Source: Hyaloraphidium curvatum SAG 235-1
Taxonomy: Eukaryota > Fungi > Monoblepharomycota
Length of the DNA: 64,000 nucleotides
Direction of reading: 5' to 3'
Assembly: GCA_025558095.1 (NCBI GenBank)
Contig: JAIVFI010000002.1
Coordinates: forward strand, 1,116,001 to 1,180,000
The first letter of the stretch is position 1, and each line of letters begins with the position of its first letter. The position numbers and the translations under genes are program-made. Shown here in pieces: positions 1 through 12,335 of the stretch. Below the pieces are notes generated by a model that was given only the letters and a program-made list of their open reading frames with translations, did no database searches and had not been told where the DNA came from.

Positions 1-2348
1 CCGGAGCGCGCCGCGCCCCGGCCGGGCCCGCGCAGACCCGCGATCCGCACGGTCTGCCGCGGACATGGCGGGCGACGGTGCGCCGCGGGGCGGATCCGAT
101 GAAGGAAGGCGGGTCGGGGTTCGAAGAGCTGACGGCGAGGCGGGGCTGGTCGGTCGGCGCGGCACGGCTAGGGTCCGCAACCGGCCGACCGGTGCCGCGA
201 TCCGCGGTCCCGCAGAACCGAGCACGGACGGCACCTCCCCGCAATCCAGGCTTCCGGAACGAGTTCTGCGTACTGATTGGACGATCCCGCGGCCCGCACC
301 GCTGGTCCGGTCCGCCCGATGCCGTTTCGCCCGATCCCCACCTGGGGCGTCCGGACCCTATCCTTATTGCCGGAGGCCGACAACCCCCGCCGCTCACCCC
401 AATCACCTCCCCTGGCCTCCACAGAATGCGCATAGCCACTCCATCAATCGAATCGAGCCACATCAACCATCGTTGTGCAGTGGCGAATCCCCCGGACGGC
501 CACGCCGAATCGCCGGGCTGGTGACCGAGCGCTGCGCAAATTCATCCCGCTCATCCCGTGCGCCCAGAGAAACGCAGGACTAGCTGCCACCTGATCGCGG
601 CAGAATCTCTAGGCCTTCTCCACGTCGCCGCCATGCATAAATGCCGCTCCAGTTCCGTTTTGTCCCGGGAAAAGATTGGCCCGACCGCAAGGCGGCGGCA
701 CGGACTCGGACCCTGAGTCGCCGGACCCCCGCCCGGCCGTCACTCGCGCCGCCGGGGCGGACGCCGCCAAAACCGCCCGATTCCGATCCCATGGCCGGTC
801 TCTACCCAGGCCGTCCCTTCCGCCCCGGTCCCGCGGCCCGCGCGACCGGCGCGCGGCGCGGCCGTGTCGGGTGGCGCAGCAATGCGGTGTCCGGCCCCGA
901 CCGCGGAACGGCCGGCGGCGGCGCAATTCGGCCGCCTGGATCTCAGATGGGCCTCTGTATGGCCGGCCAGGGCAATTCGATGCCGCTTCCTCAGCGGACG
1001 GCGCTCCTCCACGCTAGGAATCATCGGCACGGCATCCTGGCCCCTTCGGGCCTTCGGACACGGCCGTCGGATGCACAGCCAGAACCACCGACCGGTGGCC
1101 GACCGGTGTATGGAAAGCCCCATCGCGCCGAGATCCCGCCCGGAATGCCACCGTCCGCGCCCAAGTGAGACCACGCCGGCCCGGGGACGTGATGTTCGCC
1201 CGGTGGCTAACCGGGCCTGGCCCCTGCCGACAGGGCCGACAGTGGGGATCGCAGGGATTCGAGCGCCGTCCCCGCCGTCAGGATCTGTGATCCGCAGAGC
1301 TCGGACCGCTGCGATTGCGGAGGGTGACCGGTTCGGAAGTCCATTGTTGGACTAGGAGCCCATGCCTGTTCATTCGCGGTGCTACGAGGTTGCGAGCGAC
1401 AGCCACCAGTTCCGCTGCCGTTCAGTCCCGTCCCGCCACGAGTCCTCGCCTATCCGTGCCGCCGTCACCTTGCGTCCCTCCGTGCCCACCTTCACCGCGA
1501 TCCGGTCGAGTGAAATCGGGCCCGTGCCAGGGCCTCGGCTCGGCGATCCTGAAACTGCACCGAGGGGGCAGGAGGTCGAGCTCCCTGGCGTCGGCACCGC
1601 GGGACAATCCCGTTCGCGGGAGCGGCATCCAGGCAGGCATCGATGCGGATGGCTTCCAAATGCCGGCCAGGCGAAGCGAAGAGACGGATCGTGCGGGGTG
1701 CGGGACTCCTAGCTGGCACCGCTGTGACTCTACACCGGTGCGCGGACGGACAGTGACTCTAACTCGCGCTGCGGAAGTCTCATCCGCGCCCCCGCCGCTC
1801 CCTATCTTGCAAGTTTTGCCGCGGAGCGGCCCCGCGAGCGCCAGCGAGCGCCGCGCCAGCGGGCACGTACCCACGCCGCAGGCAGGCACGTTCCCCCGCC
1901 GCTACCTGCCAGCTATCTTCGCGCGGAGCGCGCCCCGAGCGTCAGCGCGGCAAACGGGGCGGTGCGAATCGCCGCGGGAAGTGCGGGAGGCGGGCCGGAG
2001 GGGTCGCGGAGCTCGGGAAACGGCGGGGCGGGGCCGGGACCCATGGTAGCTCGGGGTTTCGGACATCGCCCATTTCTCGGCCGCAACGCATCGTACAGGC
2101 CCGGACGCGCTCCATTGCGCTGCGCGGGCGAGGCGGGCGCGGGAGACGTGCCGGGAGGGGTGGGAGGTCGGCGGCACCCCTCGGGTGTAGCTCACCCCGC
2201 CCTCCCTACCTACTGCGGCAGGGCCAGAAAATCGGCGGCGGAGTGGGCACGATGGAGGACGGCAAGTTGGACGGCGCGGGCGCGGCGGATGCGGCGGTGG
2301 AGGAGGGCCGCCACGGTTAGGCTTCGTAGGCCTACACGGATGCATTGG

Positions 2349-3570
2349 CTACCGTCCGACCATGGGACACGCGCTCTCGACCGTGAAGGTGACGCCGAGC
2401 CCGCGCAGGATCGAATAAATGCCGAATGCGAGGGTGAACAGCGTGACCACGTAGGCGCGAACGGCGCCGAAGTCCACGGCTAACCCAAAGAACCGAGAGC
2501 TCCATGACGCGCCGGGCAGCAGTGCGCCCATTAGCCGGTCCTGGTCCTCGAGCGCCGCGAGGGCTCGCGGGTCTGCGCCGCAATGGGTCGTCCGGAACGT
2601 GCCTCACGAGGACCGAGGCAACCGGAAGCGGGGTCATGCCCGCGGCCTCGGAATCCCCCACCCCATCCCCGTGCCCGGCGACGCGCAGCCAGCGGACCAT
2701 GCCCGCAAGCGGGTGCACATCGAAAGTTGGCGCCTGCTTCTTTATGTTGGGATCCGGCTTGACTGCGCATGGGCCCGCACGCTTGCGAGGTCCGCAGCAC
2801 CGCCGAACGAGCCCCCAGTTGGACAGGATTGGCGCGGTCACCCAGCCCAAGACCAACATGGATGCCGCAGTCGCAACTTGCGCGCTTCCAAAGAGCCCAT
2901 CATTGAAGACGAAGAGTGTGGGCAAGGCCGGGGGGGATCGGCCGCCGGAGGCCGAGGAAGGGGCGGGAAGGCCGTTCAAGCGGGAGTCTCGAAACCCGCA
3001 ATGTAGTCGAAAGTCTCCGGATACACACGGAACTGCGCCTTGAAGTCCTCCTCGTCCTGCCTCCACAGAGAAAACTCCCGCATCGCGTCCGTCTTCGGTA
3101 CTGCACGCGTCCTCGGACTCAGATAGCGCGTAGCGAGGCAGGCGCCCAAAAGGTGCGCGACATTGCCGAACTGCCGCGAGAGCCGCTTGTAGCGCCTGCT
3201 ACCCGTCCTCACGCGCGAGCGCAAGAATATAATTGCTTTTGCGCGGCGTTGGAGGGCCCTCAGCAGGTTCTTGCGCCTGGAAGAGCGCGGCATGGTTTTG
3301 TTTGACTTTGAAACCCCGCTAGGCCCTGCCGCTTGAAGCGGCGCAGTTGACCGCTTCAAGCAGACAACGCTTGAAACGGAAAACTCTAACTTTGAACCGC
3401 CCTAGTGCCCCGCGCGATTCGGCCTCCGGCGTCGATGGCGAAATCCTCCAGCTCCAGCCGATTCACCTGCTTCTCCAAATCGGTGACAAAGAGATCGCGC
3501 AAATGCTCTTCAGAGAGTGGTCACCGGCGTTCAGCTGCAGTCGGCGAAGGTTTGAGGGCTAGCCTATGCA
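2349..3570 (-). pseudogene. Decayed paralog of the 7-TM (GR-like candidate) gene at 50724-52166, split by a transposon remnant
   Basis: Collinear pieces match the intact copy: RDLFVTDL..FAIDAGGRIARG (~3405-3510) vs RDTFLSAL..IALDPITRRVLARG; FDVHPLAGMVRW and LVRHVPDDP vs FSAHGASGLARW and LLLHDPSDD; SRFFGLAVDFGAVRAYVVTLFTLAFGIYSILRGLGVTFTVESACP vs AKLLGFAVDYGVLRTVAVTALTLFVGLWSILKGLGVFATMQSVCP. It has an in-frame stop, frameshifts and lacks the TM3-TM6 region. Confidence 0.8.
2969..3402 (-). mobile_element. Truncated PIF/Harbinger-like DNA transposon (N-terminal transposase fragment only)
   Basis: ORF 2976-3359 encodes RYLSPRTRAVPK...DEEDFKAQFRVYPETFDYI, typical of the Harbinger transposase N-terminus. 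Imperfect terminal inverted repeat: AGGCCGTTCAA (2969-2979) and TTGAACCGCCC (3392-3402), 9/11 match. Several CGCTTGAA/TTCAAGC subterminal motifs. It interrupts a collinear host gene. Confidence 0.65.
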
Positions 3571-4066
3571 ATCATCTCGTTCTTCCACGGAGGTTGGCAG
3601 ACCTGAAGCTCGTGCTCCCTGCAGGTTCAACCGACGCGGGGCCACTGGTGGCCACCCTGGAATCCCGAAGCGACTACAAACTCGAGCTCGCGATCAGGAA
3701 CGCGGGTGTGGACATCATTTCTCGCCTGCTCTTCGACCCTCACCGTCAAAGCAGCCGCATCGCCATCGTGGTCGCGACTCCTCCACAACACCCGCACGAG
3801 AGCTTCAAGCAAACTACACCCAATCGATTCAAAAGCGGTCAATACACCCGTCCACATCCCCCCATCACAATCCACTTTTGCCATTCTAGATCGATTCAAT
3901 CATGTTCAGCCGTTCAGTCGTCCATTGCCAGTGTTTTGCAGAGCCGTAGATGCGCGCCGTGCCGATGTCCAGAGGTCCACAGAGAGTGATTTTGTCAAGC
4001 CGTCTTCCGCGCGCCCAGTCCCACGGGGAGAGGGCGCCGGGATACTTATCCGCGCGCAACACCGGG

Positions 4067-5970
4067 TCACGAAACCCCGTTCAGGTGCGCGTGCTCGAGG
4101 TGGTACTTGAGCCCCCCTACCACCCATTGCCCATCAGCCCCACACCCCCACGCGCGCGCAGGGAGACCCACCGAGGTTCCTGTACCGCTTGTTGCACCCC
4201 TCCACGGCGCAGCCGTACGGGCGCACCATGATGCCGTTGAGCTCGGGGTCGCCCGTGTCGATGAAGTGCGCGTGCTACGTTGGGGGGAAAGGGGGGAAGC
4301 ACGCCCGTCAGGACCGGCGGTCCGTCGTCCGGGCGTGGTGGGGACTTACTTGGTGGTGGTACTTGAGGCCGCCTGCCGACCGCACGGACAGCAATGATTA
4401 GTGAACGAGGGCGAAGCGGACGTCGGACGACGCACCGGGGTTCTTGTACCGCTTGCCGCACCCGGGCTGGTCGCAAGCGTACCGCCTCTCCTCCCCGTCC
4501 GCCACCTCCTGCTTGGTCGCGCGCCGCGGGGTGCCGGGCCTGGAACCGGGCGCGAACGTCGGCGGCATGCGCTGGTCCGGCGCCGGGGACGCCGACGAGC
4601 CGCGGGGGGGCTCGAACAGGCCCTTTGCGGGCAGCGCGGGGAGCGACGGCAGGCGCGGGATGCGCTCCTCCTCGGGCTTGAGCCGGAGCAGGGGGGTCGC
4701 GGGGGCGGGGGAGCCTGGGGAGGTGGGGGGGAGGAGGTGCAGCTGGTTCCCCTGGATCGTGAGCCTGGGCGGGGGGGCGGGGAGCTCCTTGCCCTGCTGC
4801 TCCTCCACGGCGCGGGAGGGCGATGCGCGCCGCCGCGTGCGCTTGGGCGGGTCCAGCAGCGACCGCGACAGCGCGGCGGCGAGCTCGGCGTCGTCGGGAT
4901 CGGGCCGCCGGCGCTTCCTGCTCCGCGAGCTCCTGCGGCGGCCGCGCTCGCGGTCGCGCTCGATGCGCTTCATGTCCGCGCGCGCGCGCCGCGAGAGGAT
5001 GCGGCCCTCGGACCCGGAGTCGCTGTCGGTCTGCGAGGAGAGGAGCTGGTCCGAGGACATGCTCGGGTCCTCCTCCTCGTCCGTCGCGTCGTCGTCGCCC
5101 GAGGCGGGGGCGCTGCGGAGGCCGAGGGCGACTTCGTGCATGGCGACGCCGACGGCCGGTGCGGGGGTGGCGGCGGCCGAGGCGTGCGCGAGTGCGGCCG
5201 AGACGATTGGGGGGAGGGGGGTCGGGAGGTCGTCGAGCGCAAAGGGCAGGTCGTCCGTCATCGAAAGTCCGCGCACGATGGTCGGGAGGTGCTGGTGGAA
5301 GTCGGCGAGCGTGGTGGCCTGCTGCTCGGCGTCGTGCTGCACGGCGGGGATGAGGTTGGACAGGGGAGCGAGCAGCTCGGCGAGGTCGGCGGCGTCAAAG
5401 TCGATGGAAAAGTGCGAATCTGGGGACGACGAGAGCGATTCCGCGTCCAGGCCGACGCCGTCCAGCAGCTCGGCAAAGGGCGCGAACGGCACCGAGGGGT
5501 GCGCGTCCTCGTGGTGCTGCATGAGGTCGTGCAGGTCGGCGTGGTCCTGGCCGCAGCACGTGAAGCCGCGGAGGAAGGCGTGCTCGACGCCGTGGGCGCG
5601 CTGCATCGACGAGGTGAAGGGCGAGGTGGAGAGGAGGGTCGGCGAGGGCCGGTTGATGGTGGCGATGAAGCTGATTTGATTTGGGCAAGGGACAGAATCA
5701 CGTGCGCGCGGCGCCACGCGGCGGAAACCGAGCGATGCGGCGGATCGGGCAAGATCGGGCGGCGCGACGGGCGGGGTGGATCGCGGCGAGGTCAGCGGGT
5801 GTTGGCAAGCCGGCCGGGCCGCCCGGGAACACGCACTCCATGAGGGCTTCCTGCTTGAGGCTGCCGTGACGCGCCCAGCTGCCCAGGTGGAGCGGGCTGG
5901 GGCTCACGGGGGTGGCATGGTGGCGGTCGTGGGTCGCCGGGATCGGCACGACCTCGACCGAGGGCGGCAT
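4067..5970 (-). CDS. SFP1: Sfp1-like C2H2 zinc-finger transcription factor (5 exons)
   Basis: FTCCGQDHADLHDLMQHHEDAH motif plus two C-terminal fingers rebuilt by splicing: YACDQPGCGKRYKNPGGLKYHHQHAH and YGCAVEGCNKRYRNLGGLKYHLEHAH. Exon 1 (5970-5837) splices in frame to 5670; 23-nt exon at 4372-4350. Confidence 0.85.
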
Positions 5971-7433
5971 GGCTTGCTGCGGCGGCGGTTGCGGCGGTTC
6001 GGGTGCGTCAGGGGACGTGGCTTCTGATAAGCGGGTATTCCCCGGTCAGCACGGAGCCCGGGGGCGGGAAAATGCGCCCGGCGTGTCGGAGCCCACCTGT
6101 GTTTTTGAGCTGCGCGGCGGACAGCGCAGCGGCGCGTGCGGCGGGGCGCGTTGCGGGTCACGGGGTCCGCCTGCTACGCGGACCCCGACCTGCGGCGCGG
6201 CCGCTCCTTTGCAGCGTGGAACGAGAACTCGAGTGCGATCGGCGCGAAGCCCCTCGCAGTGCGCGGGTCCTTCCGGGGGTGGCGTGCGGCAGCGTGCGGG
6301 GGGCCTCTGGCCATGAACGGCGGGGCTGGGCGATGCGGTGCCGGCGGGGCGCGGGCCGATGCCCGACAGGTCGCGAAGCGGAGGCGTGCGAAGTGCCGGG
6401 GGTTCCGGGGCGGGGCGGGCGCGCGATGGGAGGGCGGCGGGGCGAGTCAGCGGCGTGGGATGGGCGGGCCGGGCGGCCGGGGCGGGCGGGCTCCCCCGGC
6501 AGGGCGCCCCCCGGCAGCGAGCGCCACGCACCTGGACGCGGCGGCCTGCGGCGCGGCGGGTGCCGGCGGCGGGCGGGGCGCGCTGTGCGGCGCGCGACAA
6601 AAAGCTGGCGAACGCGCGGCGGCGGCGCACTCCGGGCGAAGCGGCGGCGCTGAGAGCCCGCGGGGGGCTCGACGGCACTTTTTAAAGGCGGGGGCGGCGG
6701 GTACCGCGGGGCTCGGAGCTCGCGGAGGCGCGGGGGCTGCGCTTGTTGTGGCACTTGCGGTCGGCGTCGATGCCTCGGTGGCCTCTCCAGCCGCCACGCC
6801 CCCACCAACAGACGGCCCGTGATGCGGGGCTGCCCGCCTTCTGGCCGCGCGGCAAGGTGCTGCTCAAGTCTGAAGTCCGTGCCCGGCAGTCCCGGTGCGC
6901 CGGCCGCCCTCCAAGCCCGGTGGCGTCTCCGATCCCTCGATGTTATTGGGGACAGGCCGCGGCGGCAAACGGCCGCGCCCCGCCACACCTGCGCGGCGCA
7001 ACACCATCGGAGAACCACCTCAACCTGACAATAAACACGTGGGCCAGCTACCGCCCTCCACCGGTGTCCGATCCCGCCTTCACAAAAGCCCAAGGTCTGC
7101 TGGCGCCATCGGGCTCGTCGCGTCAGGCACCCTGCCGGCCTGGACTCGGGACCCGCAACACGACCCCCAACCGATACGGCAGTACGCTCGGATCGGGCGC
7201 AGCGCGGGGCATCCGCCGTCGGCTCGATGCACTGCTGCGTCTTGACTCCGCCGATCGCCGTTCCCCACCAACAGCCACCGGCCACCAACAGGTAGTCAAC
7301 TTGTTCGCCCGGCATGTGATCCGATCCACCACGCCCCATCCATCCGATTCCGGCATCCTCCTATTGTATTCCCTTATGCAAAACCGGCGGCAGCCCGTGC
7401 TCCCGATACATTGCCTGCCTCCTCCCCGACCCG

Positions 7434-10400
7434 CTACCTCGGCGCCCCCCCGGCGCCGAATTCGGCCCAGTCCGCCCCGTCCGCGGGCGCCGGCACCGGC
7501 GACCCCGGCCCCGAGATCCGCCCCGCCACCGCAGCCAGCGGGTCCGCGGCCTCGCCCACGGGCGCGGCCGGGAAATCGGCAAACATGTTTTCCCCGCGGG
7601 AGTAGTCCGGGTCGTCCATGACGGGCACGGAGAGGTTGTTGGGGTTGTCGTCCCAGTCGTCCAGGCCGTGCGAGTTGGAGCGGCGGATGTCGACGCGGGA
7701 TCCGGAGGGGGGGGAGGAGGGGCTCAGGGAGTCGGGGGGCAGGGGCTTGGCCTCGGCCTGGTACGGCGGGACGATCAGCTCCATCGGGATCGGCGGCCCG
7801 TCCGAGAGACACGTACGGGGACGAAGCTCGGGCCGCCGACGACCGCAGACCCCTCCGCCGCGATCTCATCCTCCCGCAGCTCCCCGCCCTCCCCGTCCTC
7901 GTGGTCGCCTTCCTCCCTGCCCTCGGAATCCGAGTCGTCGTCGTCCGAATCGTTGTTGCCCGCGATCGGACCGGGCAGCGTGCCGGCTTTCTGCGACAGG
8001 TACGCGGCGAACTGCGGAAACTTTCGTCAGCAAGCCGCATCCCCTCGCGCGGCCCGTCGGGACAAACCTTGCTCGCCCCCCCGTCCTCCCCATCCTCCTC
8101 GTCCCCCACCGATCCCACACCCACCACGCCCCCCGCCCCGCCCCACCCCCTCAGATCCCCGTCCGCCCCCGGATCCAGCGTCGCGTTCCCGAAGGCGACC
8201 GTCACCCCGTTCCCCCCCTCCCCGTCCCCCATCCCCAGCCCGATCGCCATTGGGTTCGGCCGCGCCCCGCCGAGCGGCTGCCGGTCCCGCTCGCGCGTTT
8301 CCCGCAGCGGGCCGTCGGCGTAGGTCGCCCACGCGGGGTCGAGGAACCGCGGGTGCAGCGCGTCCGGGAGGTCGGGGGAGCACTTTTCCCAGAGCTTGAG
8401 GCACTCGTCGGCAACGTGGGTCAGGTGGCCCATGTAGCCGAGGCGGGTGCCCTTGGGCTTGGAGCTAAACACGGTCCGATCAGCCCGGTTCGGCACGACG
8501 GGCAAGCGGCAGGGTACCCACACGGCCTCGTCGTTCTTCCGCTGCGCGTCCACGATCCTCTCCATCAGCCTCCCCTCCTCCACGATGCTCTCCACGAGCT
8601 CCAGCACCCCGTCCCTCATCCTCCTCATCCGCGCATCCACCCCTTCGTTCCTACCCTGCGCCTCGGCCTCGGTCCCGGGGCCCATGGTGCCCCCCACGAC
8701 GCCCGCCACGTACGCGTAGGTGTTGAACACCTTCGCGACCATGTCGTACACCACCGAGTGGAGGAAGTTGTTCCAGGGGTGCAGGAAAAAGAGCGCGATG
8801 CAGCGCGGGAGGACGTGCCGCCCGGCGACGGCCCGCGAGAGCGAGTGCAGCTCGTGGATCACGCTGCTGCCCTCGGCGGGGGCCGCGCCGCCGTCGGGGA
8901 AGGCGGAGCCCTCGACGAGGACCTCGAACAGGGGGGAGGAGGCGTACAGGTACTGCAGGTGGAGCACCTCGGCAAAGAGCTCGCACACGCGGAGGCGCTC
9001 CGCGCCCAGGGCGGGGCCAGAGGGGGCCACCTCGGCCCCAGGGGAGGCGGGGGGGAGCGGGATCCGCATGCCGTGCTCGAGCACGGCGGCCCACTCGTCC
9101 ACGTGGCGGCTGACGACGCGGAGCAGGCCGTCCAGGTCCGTGGCGAGGTCGCGCAGCTGCGATTCCGAGATGGGGTGCTCCCGGTTCGAGCCGGGGTCCA
9201 TCGAGACCGAGACGTGGTGCTGCTGGTGCGCGACCTCGGCGGCCTCGATGTCGGAGGAGTAGCGGCGGATGAGCTCGATGAGGATGTTGATGCCGTTGGT
9301 GAGGGAGGAGGAGTAGGAGGCCGCAGGGATCGCGGCGGCCGCTTCCGAGACGGTCGACGGCGGGAGCATGTGCGAGACGAGCACCGAGACGGAAGCTTCA
9401 CTGTGGGTATGAACAAGAACCACCAGTTAGAGCCGATGGCGCCAAACTCCGGTCCAGACACCCACGATTTGAGCTCCTTCATCAGCGGCCCACCCCCAAA
9501 CACCGTCTCCCCCTCCGGCTCCGACGGCCCGTACGCAACGCCGATCATGTCCAGCACGAGCTGGCTCGCCGCCGCGTGCGACTCGGCCCCGCACTCGGGC
9601 CGCATCATGGCGATCAGGTGCGGGATGAAATCGGCCGCGCGCAGCGAGGCGAGGAGCTGCGCGTGCGAGGGTGAGGACTGCGGAAACGAGGCGAGGAGGC
9701 GCGTGACGAGGTCGGGGAGGGGAGGGAAGAGGGGCATGAGGGGCATGAGGGAGGGGAGGAGGTTGGGGAGCGTCGGCAAGATGAGGGACAGGAACTGTGG
9801 GATCCGGCCACTCTCCGTCAGCGAAAATGAACAGCGACGGCGCAGTCCGGTACCCACATCAGGCCCTCTCCGGCCGCCGATGAGGACGCCGCTGATGCGG
9901 CACCAATAGCTGACCCACAAGCTCTCTTCCTTGACCTTTCCGTCCCAATCCTCGCGCAGCTTTTCCGCCTCCTCGGGGTCCGCGGCCTCGGGCGGCGGAT
10001 CGCGGATGGCCGGGCGCAGCCCGACGATCCAGTTCCAAAACGGCAGCAGCGCGGGGGACGAGGCCAGCGTGTCGAGCAGCACGGGGTCCTCGAGCGCAAT
10101 CAGCTCCGTGCAGACCGACGGGAACTTATGCCGTCTGCGCAGAGCAGACATGGAAAAAAATGGCAGGATTGCGTTAGAAGCGTGCCATGGCCAGCTGAAG
10201 GAGAGAGGCCCACCTGCTTGCGTCCCACTGCGGCTCAGGTACGGCGGCATCCCCCTCGCCCTCCTTCGCGGTATCCGCGCGCTCGCCCCGCTTTATCCGC
10301 TCGCGCACGCGCTCCAGGTCGTCGTCATCGTCGTCCTCGTCCTCGGGGACCGCGATGGGCGGCTCGTCGAACGCGCGGCCGGTGGCGTACTCGAGCAGGC

Positions 10401-10747
10401 GGGCCAGCACCGGCGGCGACGACAGCAGCGAGAGCAGCGGCCGCGAGCGGGCCTGGTCGATAATAAAATCGGAATAAATCAGAATCGGCGAGTTTTCGGG
10501 GGAGTATGGGGCGCACCTTGAGCTCGTTCAGGACGTCGGCCTGGTCCGAGTCCAGCAGCGCGTCGAGCAGCGCGAGCCGCCTGCGGTCGTCCGGCTCGGG
10601 CGCGCGCGGCCCGTCAGGCGGCGCCGCGTCGGGCGGCGGCGGCGACGCGCCGGCGTACGCGATGCGGAACCGCGCAAAGAGGCGCTCGACCGCCGCCGAC
10701 GACGACGGCGGCGGGAAGCCGAACGGCGCCGCCGTCCGCCAGAACAT
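7434..10747 (-). CDS. SIT4/PP6 phosphatase-associated protein (SAPS family), multi-exon
   Basis: MFWR start, LLD...DVLNELK, KFPSVCTELI, GAERLRVCELFAEVLH, FFLHPWNNFLHSVVYDMV, RLGYMGHLTHVAD and an acidic disordered tail. Confidence 0.9.
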
Positions 10748-11065
10748 CGCCGCGAAAGGGCGCCGCGCTCTACGCCATGCCGGACGCGGCCGGCCGCCCG
10801 CTGCCCCCTATGTAGCCCGGTGTGGCCGGGTGATGTCGCAGCCGACAGTCGGCCTTCCTCCGCAGGGCCCGCCGCCACGCCTCCCCAATGACGACAGCGC
10901 CTCCAAGGAGGCATACCTTGAGGGCAGGGGTCGATAGCGACAAAGAAGCTTTCAGATTGAAGATCTATCCACCATCCAGAGCTCGATCGCCGGTCGATCG
11001 CGGGCTGCGGCGCGCCCCACCGCCAGCCGCGCCTCCGCCCTCGGAAGCTAGCAGCATCCAGTCCT

Positions 11066-12156
11066 CTAACGGCGAGCAGCAAGTCGCTCCCACATTTTCT
11101 CTTCCTCCCACAGGTCCGATCCCTCCAGGTTTGGTTGGCCGTGCCTCCGAGGCCCGTACTTGACCCGGCCCACGCGCGAACGGACCGCGGCTTCCACGCG
11201 CGGAAGATCCGCGGCTGCGAGACTGAGAATCATGGCTTTCAGTTCGAGAGTCCGAGTACGAGGGATCCCATGAGTGACAAAGATCGACGTCGGAAAATGC
11301 TCCAGCGAAAGCAGATCGAAACCAAGTCGTCTCGGTGCCTCGGGCCACCACTCTGGCGTGATCAACTGCACATTCGGCACACCGCACCACAGCGTTAACT
11401 TTTGGGCCGAAAATGAGGATGTAGGACGAGACGCAGGGGGAGTTCGTTGGGGTTGTGAATGATAGTAACCGAGTTCGGCTTTTGGACGAGTCTCCCGTGA
11501 TGTGTTGCCAGGTGTTCCAGAAGCGCGCGTGGCCGATAGTACGGAACCAAATCCAGACGTTCCAGATCTCTGCATTCCCGCTCGATGTGGTGCAGCGCTT
11601 CGATCGGCACCTGGCCTTCCACGAGGATTCGTTCCAAGGACTCCGGAAGCTCGATCCGGCACAACCAGTCGGCGCTTAGCGAGCCATAGAAGGACGCAAC
11701 TTCGAGCTCCTTGAGGTGCAGGAGATGACGGAACGATACGCCTGGCATGGCAGTCCCCATCGTGATGCGCACGCGCAGGCTTCTGACCATGATAAGAGAC
11801 CGAATGCAGGAATCGAAGTAAACGGGATCGGGAGTAGCGGGGAGCGTGATATCTTTGATCATCTCCGACAGTGTCGGATTCAGGAGCACCCGTTGAAACC
11901 GTGGAAAGTCGCTCTGGTAAAGCACAACCCTTCCGCCTAGGAGAACGGGCATCGCAAGCGCGTGGAACTCCTTCGAGGCGAGCGCACAGCAGGCAATGGA
12001 AAACAAGTCTCGGCCATCTCGCAGTTCGCCGAAAATCATGATCAGAAGCTCGCTGGGAAGCCGCGGAACCTCGGTCGCGTCAGATGATGTGGCGGTCGCG
12101 ACCGCGCCATCTTCCGAAGGGCCGGGAGCCAACTCCGAGGCGTCCGCGTCTGACAT
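11066..12156 (-). pseudogene. F-box/LRR-like protein with one frameshift
   Basis: F-box PRLPSELLIMIFGEL...CALASKEFHALAMPVL followed by LxxLxL repeats. The frame stops at HPHFRPKS* (11395); the homologous C-terminus (AADLPRVEAAVRSRV) continues in another frame after an A-run at ~11400. Confidence 0.7.
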
Positions 12157-12335
12157 GTCCGCTGCAATGGCCGAGAGTGGAGTTCACCGGCGAGAGCCGC
12201 TGCGGGAGGCAGGGGCAGGCAGGCGGTTTGCGGTTTGCGTGTTGGATCGCGCCCGCAAAAGCCGCACAAAACATGTATGCGCTTTGAAGAAGAGCCTCAT
12301 TCTGCCTATCGCGAATCAAAATCTTTTCCACGTGC

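Noticed and set aside
1-2340. Many overlapping 100-240 aa ORFs, a possible minus-strand gene start at 66 and a possible decayed F-box/LRR tail near 1382-1600
   Set aside because: Arg/Pro/Gly-rich translations typical of GC-rich non-coding frames; no motif strong enough to call.
3405-3989. 194-aa plus-strand ORF considered as the Harbinger Myb/SANT partner gene
   Set aside because: No Trp-spaced Myb motif; it lies outside the inverted repeat, and its first part is antisense to the 7-TM pseudogene.
5975-7430. Long ORFs on both strands between the Sfp1-like and SAPS genes
   Set aside because: Low-complexity, very GC-rich sequence with no recognisable domain; probably promoter and UTR.
7618-9909. 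763-aa plus-strand ORF, and similar antisense ORFs such as 35935-37743 and 42681-44867
   Set aside because: Antisense shadows of real genes caused by high GC3 codon bias.
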